A stretch of 64,000 nucleotides of DNA from Allosphingosinicella sp. (GTDB lineage: Bacteria > Pseudomonadota > Alphaproteobacteria > Sphingomonadales > Sphingomonadaceae), in NCBI GenBank assembly GCA_035626655.1, contig DASPNF010000011.1; one strand, 5' to 3'. Below, one piece after another: positions 57,506 through 64,000 of the stretch. Position 1 is the stretch's first letter. Every line of letters begins with the position of its first letter. The translations under genes were made by a program, and so were the position numbers. Below the pieces are notes generated by a model that did not search any database, was not told the DNA's origin, and saw only the letters and a program-made list of their open reading frames with translations.

Positions 57506-58189
57506 TCAGCCCTCGCCCGGCAAGGTGGCGCGAACCACGGGCTCGCCGCGCTCGGCAAGGACGCGCAGCAGCGGGTTCGGCTCCGGCGCGCTGGTCCGGG
57601 TGAGCAGGTTGCGGTCGCGGTGTTGGAACGCTTCCGTGTGGCCGCGGACCATCAGCATCGTGTCGGAGACGTAGGACCAGGAGCCGTCCTCGTGGAACTC
57701 GACCTCGAGCCGGTAGGAATCGGTGCGAAAGGCATGTTCGAGGAAGGGGGTCGAGCAGATGCCGTAGTCGGTGCGGCCCCGCTCGGCGCTCACCACCAGC
57801 CGCGTCGCGTCCGGCTCTGCCTGGCCGGAGGCGATCGCGATCTGGCCGCGCGGAATGGCGAGGGTCTGGATGACGAGGCCCGTGGCCGGCTCCCAGAGCC
57901 AGTAGCCGGTCTGGTCGTGGAAGGTGATGTCCTCCTCCGGCGTGTTGATGTGGATATGGTAGCGCAGGCCGTAGAAAAGCTGCGGCCCGTTGGCCTGCGG
58001 GTCGATCGGCTGGAACAGGCTGCGCTCCAGGAAGGCCCGCGTCTCGGGCCCGTCCGCCTTGGGATTGATATCGACCCCGCCATGCCCCTCCCAGCCGCCG
58101 GCAAGGCGGCGCAGCGGACCGAGATTGGCGAGCGTGTCGGGGTCGACGTCCTCGGGCTCGGTGAAGATGTCGTCGGGGAAAGCGGGCAT
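57506..58189 (-). CDS. Heme-binding beta-barrel (nitrobindin/THAP4-like, DUF1794) domain protein
   Basis: LRRLAGGWEG (GxWxG) motif and lipocalin-like repeats; family-level call. Confidence 0.65.
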   Translation of the reverse strand: MPAFPDDIFTEPEDVDPDTLANLGPLRRLAGGWEGHGGVDINPKADGPETRAFLERSLFQPIDPQANGPQLFYGLRYHIHINTPEEDITFHDQTGYWLWEPATGLVIQTLAIPRGQIAIASGQAEPDATRLVVSAERGRTDYGICSTPFLEHAFRTDSYRLEVEFHEDGSWSYVSDTMLMVRGHTEAFQHRDRNLLTRTSAPEPNPLLRVLAERGEPVVRATLPGEG

Positions 58190-58252
58190 GGAGCGGACCT
58201 TTCGGCGGGGACTATAGCGAGGTGCGGCGACGGGTCGAAGCCGGCTTGGCCA

Positions 58253-58693
58253 CTATTCTGCGAGCGCGCAGAACCGGTCGATCCATTGTGAAAAAGAGGG
58301 CGCGACCTCCCGCGTGGTACCGAAATCATGGTCGAAAAGGAAAATCGTCGGCGCGCCATTCGGCCCGAAGCAGAAAAGATTGCCCGAACAATCGGTGGCG
58401 AAGGCCACGAGGTCCGCGGGAAGACCCATCTCGCGCCAGACTTCGGTCGTAGCCAGTATCTCGTTAGGCTCCAGAAGCTCGGAGAGGTCCGCCATGTCGA
58501 GCTCGCGATTAACGATTGTGTCGAGCAGTTCGATGGTCGGTGACACGAGGCCTACCTGGACGACGGCATCCCGATAGTCAGTGGGAAAAGTGAAACCGAG
58601 GTCCTTCTCCACGGCGCGAAGGTTAAACTCCGATACCGGCGTCGGCGGATATTCCGGATGCGTCCAAAGTTCTGCGAAGCGCGCCAGGCTCAT
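58253..58693 (-). CDS. SMI1/KNR4 (SUKH-1) family protein
   Basis: Typical SUKH layout: ...VEKDLGFTFPTDYRDAV..., ...LVAFATDCSGNLFCF... and C-terminal ...FSQWI. About 59% GC by hand count. Confidence 0.75.
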   Translation of the reverse strand: MSLARFAELWTHPEYPPTPVSEFNLRAVEKDLGFTFPTDYRDAVVQVGLVSPTIELLDTIVNRELDMADLSELLEPNEILATTEVWREMGLPADLVAFATDCSGNLFCFGPNGAPTIFLFDHDFGTTREVAPSFSQWIDRFCALAE

Positions 58694-58696
58694 GCG

Positions 58697-60097
58697 CTAA
58701 CCTCCCAGGAACGGAAAAGGCGAGATCGTCTTCCTGCCCACCTCCACCGTCAGCGTCCGCCCGGCGGGCGCCGCGGCGCGCTGGGGGCAGCGGATGCGGG
58801 GGCAGATGGTGCAGGCAGGGCCGATCGGCATGACCTGCGGATTGGCGAGGTCGAGGCCGTCCGCATAAGCGAGGCGCGGTGCGTGCCGGAGGTCGCTGCC
58901 GAGGCCGATGGCGAGCTGGCTGTCCTCCTGCGCGTCGAGCCGGACCGAGCGCGGGACGGTGCGCCCGAGCGTGAAGAAACGCTGGCCGTCGGGCGTCTCG
59001 ACGATTTGCGTGACCGTCCGGCCGGGCGTCTGGAAGGCCCCGTGCAAATTCCAGCGCGGGCAGGTGCCGCCATAGCGCGAGAAGGGGAAGGCCTCGCCGG
59101 CGAAGCGCTTGGAGATGTTCCCGGCCGCATCGACGCGCAGCATGAAGAAGGGGATGCCGCGGGCATTAGCGCGGTTCAGCGTGGTCAGCCGGTGCGCGAC
59201 CTGCTCGACGCTGGCGCCGAACAGGGCGCAGAGCCGGTCGATGTCGTAGCGATGCGTCTCCGCCGCCTCGAGGAAGGGCGCATAGGGCATCATCACCGCC
59301 CCGGCCGCATAATTGGCGAGGCTCATATGGAGCAGCCGGGCCGTCGGCGCGTCCGGCGCCGCCGCAGCCTCGACCATCCGTTCCAGCAAGGGACGGAACT
59401 CGACCAGGGCGAGCTGATAGGCGAGCGCGAAGGTGCGGCTCTCCGGCCGCAGCAGGGCCGAGAGCAGGAGCCGCTTGCGGTGCAAATCGTAATGCTGGGT
59501 CGCCCCGTCCAGCACTTCCGGTGGGACGATCCGCGCCTCGATGCCGAACGCCTCCTTCAGCCGCCGGCGCATCGGCTCGGCGATCGAGAGCGGATCGCCG
59601 AGCGCGCCGGCCTGGGTCTCGGCGGCCTCCTCCAGATAGGCGAAGTGGTTGCGGCTCGCCTGGATATGGTCGCGCACCCAGTTTTGCGGGGAGAGCGCGG
59701 CACCCTCCTCCTCTTCCTCGCCGCCCGCCGGCCGGCGGCGCAGCTCGACCAGGGCCGCGTAGAGGCGCGAGACCGCCTCGGCGACGCCCGGCGCATTGTC
59801 GGCGACCTCGGCCAGCTCATAGCGCGGCACGGCAAGGCCGCCGAACATCGGATCGGCGAAGATCTCGGCGAGCTGGGCCGCGCCGACGCCCTCGCCGCCC
59901 TCGGCCGCGAAGCTCTTCAGGTCGACGTCATAGACCTCGGCGAGCTTCAGCAGCACCTGCGCGGTCACCGGCCGCTGGTTGCGCTCGAGATGGTTGAGAT
60001 AGGAGGGCGAGACGCCGATCTCGGCCGCCATCGCGCTCTGGTTGAGCCCGAGCTCCCGCCGGAGATGGCGGAGCCGCCGTCCGAGATAGAGCTTCAT
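58697..60097 (-). CDS. XRE-family HTH regulator with ImmA/IrrE-like and DUF2083 domains (RamB/ScfR-like)
   Basis: LGRRLRHLRRELGLNQSAMAAEIGVSPSYLNHLERNQR HTH. 466 aa, divergent from isocitrate lyase. Confidence 0.85.
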   Translation of the reverse strand: MKLYLGRRLRHLRRELGLNQSAMAAEIGVSPSYLNHLERNQRPVTAQVLLKLAEVYDVDLKSFAAEGGEGVGAAQLAEIFADPMFGGLAVPRYELAEVADNAPGVAEAVSRLYAALVELRRRPAGGEEEEEGAALSPQNWVRDHIQASRNHFAYLEEAAETQAGALGDPLSIAEPMRRRLKEAFGIEARIVPPEVLDGATQHYDLHRKRLLLSALLRPESRTFALAYQLALVEFRPLLERMVEAAAAPDAPTARLLHMSLANYAAGAVMMPYAPFLEAAETHRYDIDRLCALFGASVEQVAHRLTTLNRANARGIPFFMLRVDAAGNISKRFAGEAFPFSRYGGTCPRWNLHGAFQTPGRTVTQIVETPDGQRFFTLGRTVPRSVRLDAQEDSQLAIGLGSDLRHAPRLAYADGLDLANPQVMPIGPACTICPRIRCPQRAAAPAGRTLTVEVGRKTISPFPFLGG

Positions 60098-60227
60098 CGC
60101 TCGTCAGATTGTCAAAAATTAACAAGAGTCGCAAGTCGTCTCGCGACAAGACGACCCTTTTCCCTCTGCCCATTCTGCCCGTTTGAGGGTTCCTCGTGCC
60201 TGGTTCGTATAGTTCGAGAGGCCTCGC

Positions 60228-61508
60228 GTGACCGACTTCGCCGACCTGATCCCCGCCCCGCCCGGCCGCTTCGACGGCATCAGCAGGCCCTATGGCCCGG
60301 AGGAGGTCGAAAGGCTGCGCGGCTCGGTACCCATAGAGCACAGCCTCGCCCGGCGCGGTGCCAACCGGCTCTGGGAGCTGCTGCACAGCGAGGATTATGT
60401 GCACGCGCTGGGCGCCGTGACCGGCAACCAGGCGATGCAGCAGGTCCGCGCCGGCCTCAAGGCCATCTATCTCTCCGGCTGGCAGGTCGCCGCCGACGCC
60501 AACACCGCCGGCGCCATGTATCCGGACCAGTCGCTCTACCCCGCCAATGCCGGGCCCGAGCTCTGCCGGCGGATCAACCGCACGCTGCAGCGCGCCGACC
60601 AGATCGAGCATATGGAGGGCGGCGCCAAACGAGACTGGTTCGCGCCGATCGTCGCCGACGCCGAGGCCGGCTTCGGCGGGCCGCTCAACTGCTTCGAGAT
60701 CATGAAGGCCTATATCGAGGCCGGCGCCGCGGGCGTCCATTATGAGGACCAGCTCGCCGCCGAGAAGAAGTGCGGCCATCTCGGCGGCAAGGTGCTGATC
60801 CCGACCCAGGCGCATATCCGCAACCTCGACGCGGCCCGGCTCGCGGCCGACGTCTGCGGCGTGCCGACGATCCTCGTCGCCCGCACCGACGCGGAGAGCG
60901 CCAGGCTGATCACCTCGGACGTGGACGAACGCGACCGCGAGTTCCTCACCGGCGAGCGCACACCCGAGGGGTTCTTCCGCCTGAAGGAAGGCACCGGCGT
61001 CGAGCATTGCATCAGGCGCGGCCTCGCCTTCGCCGAGCATGCCGATCTGCTCTGGTGGGAGACCAGCCACCCGAATCTCGAGGACGCGAAGCGCTTCGCC
61101 GAGGCGATCCAGCGCGCGCATCCGGGCAAATTGATGGCCTATAATTGCTCGCCCAGCTTCAACTGGGAGGCGAAGCTGGACCGGGATACGATCGCCCGCT
61201 TCCAGCGCGAGCTCGGCGCGATGGGCTACAAGTTCCAGTTCGTGACCCTGGCCGGCTTCCACAGCCTCAACCATGGCATGTTCGAGCTCGCGCGCGGCTA
61301 TCGGGAGCGCGGCATGGCCGCCTATTCCGAGCTGCAGCAGGCCGAGTTCGCCAGCGAGGCGGCCGGCTATACCGCGACCCGCCACCAGCGCGAGGTCGGC
61401 ACCGGCTATTTCGACCTGGTCGCCCAGACGCTCGCCGGGGGCGAATCCTCGACCGCGGCCCTGGCGGAATCGACCGAGGCCGACCAGTTCACCCGACAGG
61501 CTGCGTAA
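60228..61508 (+). CDS. aceA: Isocitrate lyase
   Basis: KKCGHLGGK catalytic loop and [13 protein letters not shown]. 426 aa, GTG start. Confidence 0.95.
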   Translation: MTDFADLIPAPPGRFDGISRPYGPEEVERLRGSVPIEHSLARRGANRLWELLHSEDYVHALGAVTGNQAMQQVRAGLKAIYLSGWQVAADANTAGAMYPDQSLYPANAGPELCRRINRTLQRADQIEHMEGGAKRDWFAPIVADAEAGFGGPLNCFEIMKAYIEAGAAGVHYEDQLAAEKKCGHLGGKVLIPTQAHIRNLDAARLAADVCGVPTILVARTDAESARLITSDVDERDREFLTGERTPEGFFRLKEGTGVEHCIRRGLAFAEHADLLWWETSHPNLEDAKRFAEAIQRAHPGKLMAYNCSPSFNWEAKLDRDTIARFQRELGAMGYKFQFVTLAGFHSLNHGMFELARGYRERGMAAYSELQQAEFASEAAGYTATRHQREVGTGYFDLVAQTLAGGESSTAALAESTEADQFTRQAA

Positions 61509-61519
61509 GGAGAACCGGG

Positions 61520-61717
61520 ATGACCACGCGTTACTGGATCGTCGGCGGCGAATATGAGGGGCCGGATTTCAGCGCCCTGATCCCCGGCAGCGAGACGATG
61601 GCCGGTCCGTTCGAGGACGAGCGCAAGGCGCGCAACGAATGGATGCGGCTGACCTACAGTCCGGGCACCGACCCGGCGACCACCCGCTATTCGATCGCCA
61701 TGGAGACGATGCACTAG
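61520..61717 (+). CDS. DUF4170-like small protein (65 aa)
   Basis: Internal ATG at 61520; YWIVGGEY...F pattern. Confidence 0.6.
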   Translation: MTTRYWIVGGEYEGPDFSALIPGSETMAGPFEDERKARNEWMRLTYSPGTDPATTRYSIAMETMH

Positions 61718-61718
61718 A

Positions 61719-61761
61719 GCATTTTCAGGTCGGGCTGACGGCCCGACGGCCCGGAAAATGC
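61719..61761 (+). terminator. Compound hairpin after the aceA/DUF4170 unit
   Basis: gcattttc/gaaaatgc outer stem and gtcgggc/gcccgac inner stem, starting 2 nt after the stop. Confidence 0.45.
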
Positions 61762-61804
61762 GGTGACAAGGATAAGAGAGGGCACCCCCCAAGGCCCCCC
61801 GGGA

Positions 61805-61841
61805 GAAAGGGCGCGGGAAGCATTGCCTCCCGCGCCCTTTC
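61805..61841. terminator. Perfect 14-bp stem hairpin downstream of rplT
   Basis: gaaagggcgcggga / tcccgcgccctttc with a 9-nt loop. No clear U-tract on either strand. Confidence 0.45.
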
Positions 61842-61871
61842 CACATTCGCGTCGCTGGAGCGGCTTCGGCG

Positions 61872-62231
61872 TTACGCCGGGAGCGCCGCCTTCGCCTGGG
61901 CGATGATGCCCTTGAAGGCCTCGCCCTCGTGCATCGCGATGTCGGCGAGGACCTTGCGGTCCAGCTCGACGCCGGCGAGCTTCAGGCCGTGCATGAAGCG
62001 GCCATAGGTCAGGCCCTCGGCGCGGACCGCGGCGTTGATGCGCTGGATCCAGAGCGCGCGGAAGCTGCGCTTCTTCACCTTGCGGTCGCGATAGGCATAT
62101 TGCCCGGCCTTCTCGACGGCCTGGCGGGCGATGCGGATCGTGTTCTTGCGACGGCCATAATAGCCTTTCGCCTGCTCCAGGATCCTTTTGTGCTTGGCGC
62201 GCGTGGTGGTGCCGCGCTTGATGCGTGCCAT
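61872..62231 (-). CDS. rplT: 50S ribosomal protein L20
   Basis: [18 protein letters not shown]... Confidence 0.97.
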   Translation of the reverse strand: MARIKRGTTTRAKHKRILEQAKGYYGRRKNTIRIARQAVEKAGQYAYRDRKVKKRSFRALWIQRINAAVRAEGLTYGRFMHGLKLAGVELDRKVLADIAMHEGEAFKGIIAQAKAALPA

Positions 62232-62245
62232 GGGTCAGTACCTCC

Positions 62246-62449
62246 TTATTTCAGGCCGTAGGGCGCCCAGAGCTTCACCCGCGCCGTGTCGGCGTCGGCG
62301 AGCACTTCGGTGCCGCGGTTCTGGCGGATGTACTTGGCATTGTGGCTGATCAGGCGGTGGCGCTTGCCGGCGACGCCGTGCTTCACCTTGCCCGTCGCCG
62401 TGAGCTTGAAGCGCTTCTTCACGCCGCTCTTGGTCTTCAGTTTGGGCAT
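62246..62449 (-). CDS. rpmI: 50S ribosomal protein L35
   Basis: [23 protein letters not shown]. Internal ATG at 62449. Confidence 0.95.
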   Translation of the reverse strand: MPKLKTKSGVKKRFKLTATGKVKHGVAGKRHRLISHNAKYIRQNRGTEVLADADTARVKLWAPYGLK

Positions 62450-62600
62450 TTTCGTCTCCTTTCGGATCCCCGCTTGCGCGGGGACAGGCGTTTGAGAACA
62501 GCCACGGCAGCCCTTGTTCGCCGGGCGGTTCGGTTCTTCCACAAGCTGGAAAGCAGGCGCCTATATGGGCGGACGCCCGAAAAGGCAAATGATTCGGCCC

Positions 62601-63536
62601 TCAGTCGAACAGGCTCGAGACGGAGCTTTCGTCCGCAATCCGCCGGATCGCCTCCGCCAGCAGGGGCGCGATGGTGAGCAGGCGGATTTTCGGCGTCGCC
62701 TCCGCGGATTCATAGGCGGCGATCGAATCGGTGATGACCAATTCGGCCAGCTCCGACTTGTCGACCCGCGCCGCTGCGGCGCCGGAGAGCACGCCGTGCG
62801 TGCAATAGGCGACCACGTCCTCGGCCCCCGCCTCCTTCAGCGCGCCGGCGGCGTTGCAGAGCGTGCCCGCCGAATCGACGATGTCGTCGATCAGGATGCA
62901 GAAGCGCCCCTCGACATCGCCGATGATGTTCATCACCTCGGATTCGCCGGCGCGCTCGCGGCGCTTGTCGACGATGGCGAGCGGGGCATTGTCGAGGCGC
63001 TTGGCGAGCGCACGGGCGCGGACCACGCCGCCGACGTCGGGCGAGACGACGGTGATCGGCCGGCCGGAGAAGCGCGCGCGGATGTCCTCCGACATGACCG
63101 GCGCGGCGTAGAGATTGTCCGTCGGGATATCGAAAAAGCCCTGGATCTGCCCAGCATGGAGGTCGACCGAGAGCACCCGGTTGGCGCCGGCGACGGTGAT
63201 CAGGTTCGCGACCAATTTGGCCGAGATCGGCGTGCGCGGCCCCGGCTTCCGGTCCTGCCTCGCATAGCCGAAATAGGGCAGCACGGCCGTGATCCGCTTC
63301 GCCGAGGCGCGGCGCAGCGCATCGATGCAGATCAGCAATTCCATCAGATTGTCGTTGGCGGGATAGGCCGTGGACTGGACCACGAACACATCCTCGCCCC
63401 GGACATTCTCGAGGATCTCGACGAAAATCTCCTCGTCGGCGAAGCGGCGCACGCTCGCCTGGGTGATCTCCGTCTCCAGATATTGGGCGATCGCCTGCAC
63501 GAGCGGCAGATTCGAATTGCCCGACAGCAGCTTCAT
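62601..63536 (-). CDS. prs: Ribose-phosphate pyrophosphokinase
   Basis: [13 protein letters not shown]-terminus, [10 protein letters not shown] and [11 protein letters not shown] motifs. Confidence 0.96.
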   Translation of the reverse strand: MKLLSGNSNLPLVQAIAQYLETEITQASVRRFADEEIFVEILENVRGEDVFVVQSTAYPANDNLMELLICIDALRRASAKRITAVLPYFGYARQDRKPGPRTPISAKLVANLITVAGANRVLSVDLHAGQIQGFFDIPTDNLYAAPVMSEDIRARFSGRPITVVSPDVGGVVRARALAKRLDNAPLAIVDKRRERAGESEVMNIIGDVEGRFCILIDDIVDSAGTLCNAAGALKEAGAEDVVAYCTHGVLSGAAAARVDKSELAELVITDSIAAYESAEATPKIRLLTIAPLLAEAIRRIADESSVSSLFD

Positions 63537-63622
63537 CGGCCCGCTTTCCCTTCTTGCCCGGATTCACGCCTCCTTATTCAGAGGATATGAGAAGGGGAAG
63601 GGCATAGGAGCAGCTGGAGCAA

Positions 63623-64000
63623 GTGGCAGGGCGGATCGCCTTCACGCCGACTGAGGCGGATGTCGTCGCGGCGACGCGCGAGTGGATGCGCCGCAGCCTG
63701 CTGCAGCCGCGGACGAGGCTGGCCTTCTTCGGCACGGCGATGGCGGCCGCCCTGGTCGGCGCCGGCCTCGCGCTGCAGGCGGGCGCGCCGGCCGGCCGGG
63801 CAGGCTGGGTCGCGTCGGCCGCGGCGCTCGGCGGGTTGCTGCTCGTCGGCCTGATCCTGGCGCTGCGTCTCGCGCTCGCGCCGCACGCGGCGCGGCGCGG
63901 CTTCCGGCGCAACGCGGCGATGCAGGGGGAGCAGGTCTTCTCCTGGTCCGAGGAGGGCATCGGCACCGAGATGGCGGGGGAGAGAGCGGGCGTCGGCTGG
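63623..64000 (+). CDS. Partial membrane protein (YcxB-like?), 3' end outside the window
   Basis: Frame open from 63608 to the window edge and absent from the ORF track because it has no stop. GTG at 63623 or ATG at 63686. Two hydrophobic helices (LAFFGTAMAAALVGAGL and AAALGGLLLVGLILAL). Confidence 0.45.
   Translation, partial: MAGRIAFTPTEADVVAATREWMRRSLLQPRTRLAFFGTAMAAALVGAGLALQAGAPAGRAGWVASAAALGGLLLVGLILALRLALAPHAARRGFRRNAAMQGEQVFSWSEEGIGTEMAGERAGVGW

Noticed and set aside
58658-60745. 695-aa plus-strand ORF spanning the RamB-like regulator (antisense), the promoter spacer and the 5' part of aceA out of frame.
   Set aside because: It crosses an obviously non-coding A/T-rich spacer. It conflicts with two well-supported genes and has a low-complexity translation.
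62450-62600. Leader upstream of rpmI-rplT, with a CCCCGC-GCAA-GCGGGG hairpin just before the AAGGAG RBS, considered as an L20-type autoregulatory leader.
   Set aside because: The known L20 leader families I remember are from Firmicutes and the gammaproteobacterial infC operon. I cannot show the required mimicry of the 23S rRNA site from sequence alone. It may just be the prs terminator.
1-64000. Scan for CRISPR arrays, tandem repeats, rRNA genes, transposases, integrases, phage genes, toxin-antitoxin pairs and known defence-system genes.
   Set aside because: None was found by eye or in the ORF translations. The only dispersed repeats seen are the two 72-bp palindromes and the parS sites. A by-eye scan cannot exclude short or degenerate repeats.

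Overview
High-GC (roughly 65-70% by eye) alphaproteobacterial chromosome, with Sphingomonadales-like gene content (inference). The window is almost entirely core housekeeping genes and spans the origin-proximal region. The left half carries a thioredoxin-like gene, ftsK, lolA, xthA, ribA, leuS-lptE-holA and then the minus-strand run parB-parA-rsmG-mnmG-mnmE ... rho-hemJ-hemE. A 340-370 bp intergenic region at about 27.5-27.87 kb has the hallmarks of the alphaproteobacterial hemE-linked oriC: an 83% AT block, DnaA-box-like 9-mers, GANTC sites and a gene-strand polarity switch. It is followed on the plus strand by the conserved set DUF299 kinase/pyrophosphorylase-maf-aroE-coaE-dnaQ, then hpf-ptsN and others. 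Three near-perfect parS palindromes lie in and next to rsmG and mnmG. The right half carries PBP1A, a Rieske oxygenase, tRNA-Leu(GAG), pfk, ftsEX, pheST, an isocitrate lyase module and rplT-rpmI-prs. I found no CRISPR array, no prophage or transposase genes, and no obvious defence island or toxin-antitoxin pair. The least-explained sequence is a 271-bp nested perfect inverted-repeat element directly upstream of the PBP1A start codon. Other points worth a second look are a 72-bp REP-like palindrome family (two copies), a low-GC orphan SUKH/SMI1 immunity-type gene, low-GC aroE inside a conserved operon, and non-ATG start problems at mnmE and hemE. All product calls rest on my recognition of motifs in the supplied translations; no database search was possible.
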